IMG/VR virus record: IMGVR_UViG_3300004255_000040
Span: 1 to 36,024 of that record
DNA: 36,024 bases
Source: a virus
Taxonomy: Duplodnaviria; Caudoviricetes
Reading direction: 5' to 3' (one strand)
Shown piece by piece: positions 32,217 through 36,024 of this stretch; the first letter of the stretch is position 1, and each line of letters starts with the position of its first letter. The notes beneath the pieces were generated by a model. That model made no database searches and had not been told where the DNA came from. It worked only from the letters and a program-made list of their open reading frames with translations. Made by a program: the position numbers and the translations under genes.

Positions 32217-33345
32217 AAACACCAAGATCGAGTGGGCGCACCACACCTTCAACCCGTGGATGGGCTGCCAGAAGGTCAGCCCGGCTTGCGACCATTGCTA
32301 CGCCGAAGTCAACACCGCCGTGCGCGCGCTGGGCGTGCAGTGGGGGCCGGGTGCTGAACGCCGTCGTACCAGCGCTGCCAACTGGCATCAGCCGCTCAAG
32401 TGGAATCTGCAGGCAGCACGCCTGGGCATCCGCTACCGGGTGTTCTGCGCCAGCTTGGCAGATGTGTTTGACAACCAGGTGCCTGAGGAATGGCGCGCCG
32501 ATCTCTTCGAGCTGATCCGAATCACTCCCAACCTGGACTGGCTGCTGCTGACAAAACGGCCGCAAAACATCATGCGCATGGTGCATGCCAGCGGAGCTAT
32601 CGCCGGCAATGGATCGCGCTTCCTTCCAGACAACGTGTGGCTGGGCACGACGGCAGAGGATCAAGACCGTGCCGATCAGAACATCCCGGCGTTACTAAGG
32701 ACGCGAAGTGAACTCGGTGCGCGCGTGCTATTTGTGAGCATGGAGCCGTTGCTCGGACCGGTGGACCTGCGCCATCTGAACAAGGACCGTGAAACCAACG
32801 AGATCGATGCGCTCAAGCCCGGACTCTGGGAGGATGAAGTTGAGCGCTGGCGCAATACGAGCGATACATGGGAAGAGGACTTCCTCGATTGGTACGGAAC
32901 ATCAGTTGCTGATGCGCATGGCCCGATGCATCCGCGCCTTGACTGGGTTATCGCTGGCGGAGAAAGCGGCCACGTAGCCCGGCCAATGCACCCCGACTAC
33001 CCTCGAAGCCTGCGCGACCAGTGCCAGGCGGCCGGCGTTCCGTTCATGTTCAAGCAGTGGGGGGAGTGGAAGCCCATCAACCAGATGGAAGAGGCCGAGC
33101 ACGGATGCCTCTACGTGTCGAATGTGAAGGCGAAGCCGAACGAGGATCAGGGAACCCTTGACGATATACACGGCCGGCGCTGCACAGTTGACACGACCGT
33201 TATTCACCACGACGGGAGCACCCACAGCATCACCGAGCCGATGGCCTTCCTTCAGGGCACCGAGGCCATGATGACCTTCAAGATCGGCAAGAAAGCCGCC
33301 GGCCGCCTGCTCGACGACAGAACCTGGGATGAGGTGCCGGCATGA
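32209..33345 (+). CDS. Phage Gp37/Gp68 (DUF5131) family protein
   Basis: TKIEW..TFNPW.GC.KVSPACDHCYA, VFCASLADVF, LLLTKRP, S.EPLLG, WVIAGGESG and FKQWGEW motifs. Confidence 0.9.
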   Translation: MAENTKIEWAHHTFNPWMGCQKVSPACDHCYAEVNTAVRALGVQWGPGAERRRTSAANWHQPLKWNLQAARLGIRYRVFCASLADVFDNQVPEEWRADLFELIRITPNLDWLLLTKRPQNIMRMVHASGAIAGNGSRFLPDNVWLGTTAEDQDRADQNIPALLRTRSELGARVLFVSMEPLLGPVDLRHLNKDRETNEIDALKPGLWEDEVERWRNTSDTWEEDFLDWYGTSVADAHGPMHPRLDWVIAGGESGHVARPMHPDYPRSLRDQCQAAGVPFMFKQWGEWKPINQMEEAEHGCLYVSNVKAKPNEDQGTLDDIHGRRCTVDTTVIHHDGSTHSITEPMAFLQGTEAMMTFKIGKKAAGRLLDDRTWDEVPA

Positions 33346-33653
33346 ACCAGATATCGATGTTGCTGGCAGCATCCATCCTCGGTGGCCTGGTCGGCGGTCT
33401 GATTGCGTTCGAGATCATGCGCCGTTCACTCACACGGGTTTTCTCGGAGCAGCCAGCACAAGAACAGCTGCAGGTTGAATGCATCAAGCTCATCTGCAAT
33501 ATCCAAGCCCGTGATGGCCGTACCCTGATGACGGGCGGCTTCTCCACTGACTACCAGGAGCTGAGCGCCGTCCTGGTCGAACGGTGGCTCGAAAAGCGCG
33601 ACCTGGTCATGGCCCCAAAAGGCAAGGATTTCAAGGCTAAGGCAACATCATGA
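33342..33653 (+). CDS. Hypothetical protein with an N-terminal TM helix
   Basis: GAGG SD, ATGA coupling, hydrophobic N-terminus. Confidence 0.6.
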   Translation: MNQISMLLAASILGGLVGGLIAFEIMRRSLTRVFSEQPAQEQLQVECIKLICNIQARDGRTLMTGGFSTDYQELSAVLVERWLEKRDLVMAPKGKDFKAKATS

Positions 33654-34096
33654 GCAAGCTCGCCCGCGACCATCGCAACAGCGACCTGGCCAAAATCCAC
33701 CTAGCCAAGAAGGCCCTCGCCATGACCGACGAGGACTACCGCGCCATGCTCTGGACGCAGGGCCGCGTGCACAGCGCAGCCGATCTCGACCACACCGGTC
33801 GCCAGCGCGTGCTGGCACACCTCAAGGCCTGCGGATTCAAGCCGGCCGCATCGAAAACGGCCAATCGCCCAGCACGTCCTACACCGTCCGCCGATGCGCG
33901 GCCCCTGGTGCGCCGCATTCGCGCCCAGCTCATCAGCCTGGACCGCAAGCCCGACACATATGCCGACGGCATCGCCAAACAGATGCTGGGCGACGAAGCA
34001 CCTCAGTTTTTCGAGTGGTGCCATGTCCGTGATCTGGAGCGGATATCTCAGGCCCTGACCTACCAGCAAAACCGCACAGGAGCGCCTACAAAATGA
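33650..34096 (+). CDS. gemA: GemA-like regulator (Mu gp16, DUF1018)
   Basis: LAKIHLAKKAL.M.DEDYRAML....SAADL and LKACGF motifs. Confidence 0.88.
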   Translation: MSKLARDHRNSDLAKIHLAKKALAMTDEDYRAMLWTQGRVHSAADLDHTGRQRVLAHLKACGFKPAASKTANRPARPTPSADARPLVRRIRAQLISLDRKPDTYADGIAKQMLGDEAPQFFEWCHVRDLERISQALTYQQNRTGAPTK

Positions 34097-34512
34097 GCAC
34101 TTCAATGGTTAAGACAAACGCCGACGTCCGCCGCCACGAGCTGCTGGCTGACGTGGCCGAGCAGACCGCAACTCGACTGATCGAGAAGCACAACATGCCG
34201 GAAGATGTTGCCTGCGACATTGGCAATGACCTAGCCGACTTTTTGAGCGAGCACTGGAAGGGGCAGAACGTCTACATGAACGCTGACGCCCAGTTCAAGC
34301 TGAGCAAGCGGGATCTGGAGATCTACCATCGCATGAAGCGGGGCAACGCCCATGAGCTGGCGAAGGAATTCGAACTCAGTTATGTCCGCGTCTACCAGAT
34401 CTACCGCCGCTGCCTGGCCATCGCTCGGAGCCGTACCCAGCCGAGTCTCTTCGAGGCCCCTGAGATGGCTGGCCCCGACAAGTTATCCACAGATGAAAAT
34501 GTGGTTGGATAA
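34093..34512 (+). CDS. mor: Mor/C family transcriptional activator
   Basis: WKGQNVY, RDLEIY and ELAKEFELSYVRVYQI motifs. Confidence 0.88.
   Translation: MSTSMVKTNADVRRHELLADVAEQTATRLIEKHNMPEDVACDIGNDLADFLSEHWKGQNVYMNADAQFKLSKRDLEIYHRMKRGNAHELAKEFELSYVRVYQIYRRCLAIARSRTQPSLFEAPEMAGPDKLSTDENVVG
34483..34491 (+). promoter_or_regulatory. Consensus DnaA box
   Basis: TTATCCACA; a partial inverted copy GTTGGATAA lies at 34504-34512. Confidence 0.4.
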
Positions 34513-34521
34513 CATGGACTT

Positions 34522-34568
34522 CACTTCCGACTTCGCTGGTGCCGTCATTGGGAGCAAAGTCGGAAGTG
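34522..34568. repeat. Inverted repeat after mor
   Basis: CACTTCCGACTT / AAGTCGGAAGTG, 12-bp perfect arms. Confidence 0.6.
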
Positions 34569-34607
34569 CTGTTCCTGCTTTGACCTGATTCCCCTAGAAT
34601 GAACCCC

Positions 34608-34853
34608 ATGCCAGCCACCCGCCTCTTGCTCTCCGCCCTGGATGCACGCTCCCCCAGCATGGAAGAGGTGGTTTCATTGGGGCTGGACGTGCATCAAGAG
34701 GCTTTGAAGCGTCATTTAGAGGCCGTGACGTACAGACTGACAGGGCCGGACCCGCAGCCGGTGTTCATCCCCCAGATCGACCCCAGCGCCCAAATTTATC
34801 GTGGTCTGCTGCTGGTGCCGCATGGATGGCCTAAAACGCCTCTAAAGGCCTGA
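34608..34853 (+). CDS. Hypothetical terminal protein (81 aa)
   Basis: ATG 7 nt after a TAGAAT -10 (34595-34600); no recognisable family. Confidence 0.4.
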   Translation: MPATRLLLSALDARSPSMEEVVSLGLDVHQEALKRHLEAVTYRLTGPDPQPVFIPQIDPSAQIYRGLLLVPHGWPKTPLKA

Positions 34854-34867
34854 TTTCATTGGGTTTG

Positions 34868-34903
34868 TCCCGCGTCGGCCCGTTTCATCCCGCCCAATCC
34901 CGC
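34868..34903. repeat. Four CCCG units at exact 10-bp spacing near the phage end
   Basis: CCCG at 34869, 34879, 34889 and 34899; three are TCCCGC. Confidence 0.65.
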
Positions 34904-34963
34904 TTCCTCTGTGATCGTAGACCTGCACAAGATCACCGTGACATCGGCTTAAGGTCGGATGGA

Positions 34964-34996
34964 AATAAAAACGGGCCGTGAAGGCCCGTTTTTATT
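34964..34996. terminator. Bidirectional intrinsic terminator downstream of tRNA-Ser
   Basis: AATAAAAACGGGCC-GTGAA-GGCCCGTTTTTATT. Confidence 0.88.
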
Positions 34997-35003
34997 GGCT
35001 GTC

Positions 35004-35093
<90 letters not shown>

Positions 35094-35127
35094 GGGGTGT
35101 CTCGAAAGATCGCTATTGTAGCAGCGC

Positions 35128-36024
35128 TCAGGCGGCGTCGCGCAGTTGGTGCAAGGCCTTGGCAACCTCTTGTTGGCTGACGTCGCCCACTGGTGCAAAT
35201 TGAGCCAGTGCCGCATCGTCCTGCTGCAAGGCGCGGATGGCCTGGCCAGCGTCCTTGGGGCTGGCGTAAGCAGCGCTTTGCAGCAGCAGCTTGCCTTGCG
35301 CATCCACCAGCTTGAAGTAGAACTTCCCGTCGCTTTCACGGTATTGCTTGAAGGCGGGCAAGGCCACCTTGGCAACTTTGGCTTGCTTCTCACCGCCCTG
35401 CGCCCGTAGGTCGCGCAGGCCAACAGCATGGCGCAGCTTGGTCGTGAAGGGCGTGGCGATGGCACGCGCCTTGGCGGCGCCGGCCAGCAGCAGGTCTTCC
35501 AGCCGCTCCGGATGCCGCATCAAGGACTCGTAGGTTTCGCGCATCGGTGCGATCTCGTGGTCGATGCGCTCGAACAGCACCTGCTTGGCGTCGGCCCAGG
35601 CAATGCCGTCGGCATAGGCCTGGCGCAGGGCGACGGTTTCATCCGGTGTGGCAAAGGCCTGGTAGATCTGGAACAGCGCGGAGCCTTCGGTGTCCTTGGG
35701 TTCGCCCGGCGCCCGCGAGTCGGTTTTGATGCCGGCAATGAGCTTCTTCAGCTGCTCGCGCGGCGCGAACAGCGGAATGGTGTTGTCGTAGCTCTTGCTC
35801 ATCTTGCGTCCGTCCAGCCCGGGCAGCGTGGCCACGGATTCTTCAATGGCGGCCTCTGGCAGCACGAAGTGCTCGCCGTAGCGGTGGTTGAAGCTGGCGG
35901 CCATGTCGCGCGCCATCTCGATGTGCTGGATCTGGTCGCGCCCCACCGGCACGCGGTGGGCGTTGAACATCAGGATGTCGGCCGCCATCAGCACCGGGTA
36001 CATGAAGAGGCCGGCGGTCACGTC
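35128..36024 (-). CDS. trpS: Tryptophanyl-tRNA synthetase, 3' part (5' end outside the window)
   Basis: YPVLMAADIL, VPVGRDQIQHIE and KMSKS motifs. Confidence 0.96.
   Translation of the reverse strand, partial: DVTAGLFMYPVLMAADILMFNAHRVPVGRDQIQHIEMARDMAASFNHRYGEHFVLPEAAIEESVATLPGLDGRKMSKSYDNTIPLFAPREQLKKLIAGIKTDSRAPGEPKDTEGSALFQIYQAFATPDETVALRQAYADGIAWADAKQVLFERIDHEIAPMRETYESLMRHPERLEDLLLAGAAKARAIATPFTTKLRHAVGLRDLRAQGGEKQAKVAKVALPAFKQYRESDGKFYFKLVDAQGKLLLQSAAYASPKDAGQAIRALQQDDAALAQFAPVGDVSQQEVAKALHQLRDAA

Larger units (their letters stand above)
1..34943. mobile_element. Transposable Mu-family prophage (B3/BcepMu-like layout, contractile tail); left part extends beyond the window
   Basis: Mu-like gene set (DDE transposase, B ATPase, Ner, GemA, Mor, gp25-gp48 homologues) and no integrase. 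Right boundary inferred from a terminal ...GTGACA just before the host tRNA terminator; the exact base is uncertain. Confidence 0.93.

Overview
Nearly the whole window (1 to about 34943) is an apparently intact transposable (Mu-family) prophage with a contractile tail. Its layout resembles B3/BcepMu: the immunity switch (XRE-S24 repressor and ner, about 22.5-23.8 kb) sits internally. Late genes run leftward on the - strand (lysis, terminases, portal, protease/scaffold, capsid, sheath, tube, tape measure, baseplate, tail fibre) and continue past the left edge. The early operon runs rightward on the + strand (transposase A, B ATPase, Gam-like, accessory genes, GemA, Mor) toward a candidate TG..CA end at about 34943. 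Host DNA follows: a terminator, tRNA-Ser(CGA) and the 3' part of trpS. A GC-rich betaproteobacterial host is inferred, not shown. The most unusual observations are: a major capsid protein with a 56-aa signal-peptide-like leader; a MuB that appears split into an ATPase gene and a separate HTH-Cys4 gene; a hidden antisense 33-aa peptide gene; a multi-hairpin non-coding element with an anti-Shine-Dalgarno loop; a nucleotide-related accessory cluster; a shared late-promoter dyad with apparently leaderless mRNAs; a candidate central gyrase site; and phased repeats plus a DnaA box near the phage end. All protein assignments come from motif recognition and synteny with Mu. No database searches were run.
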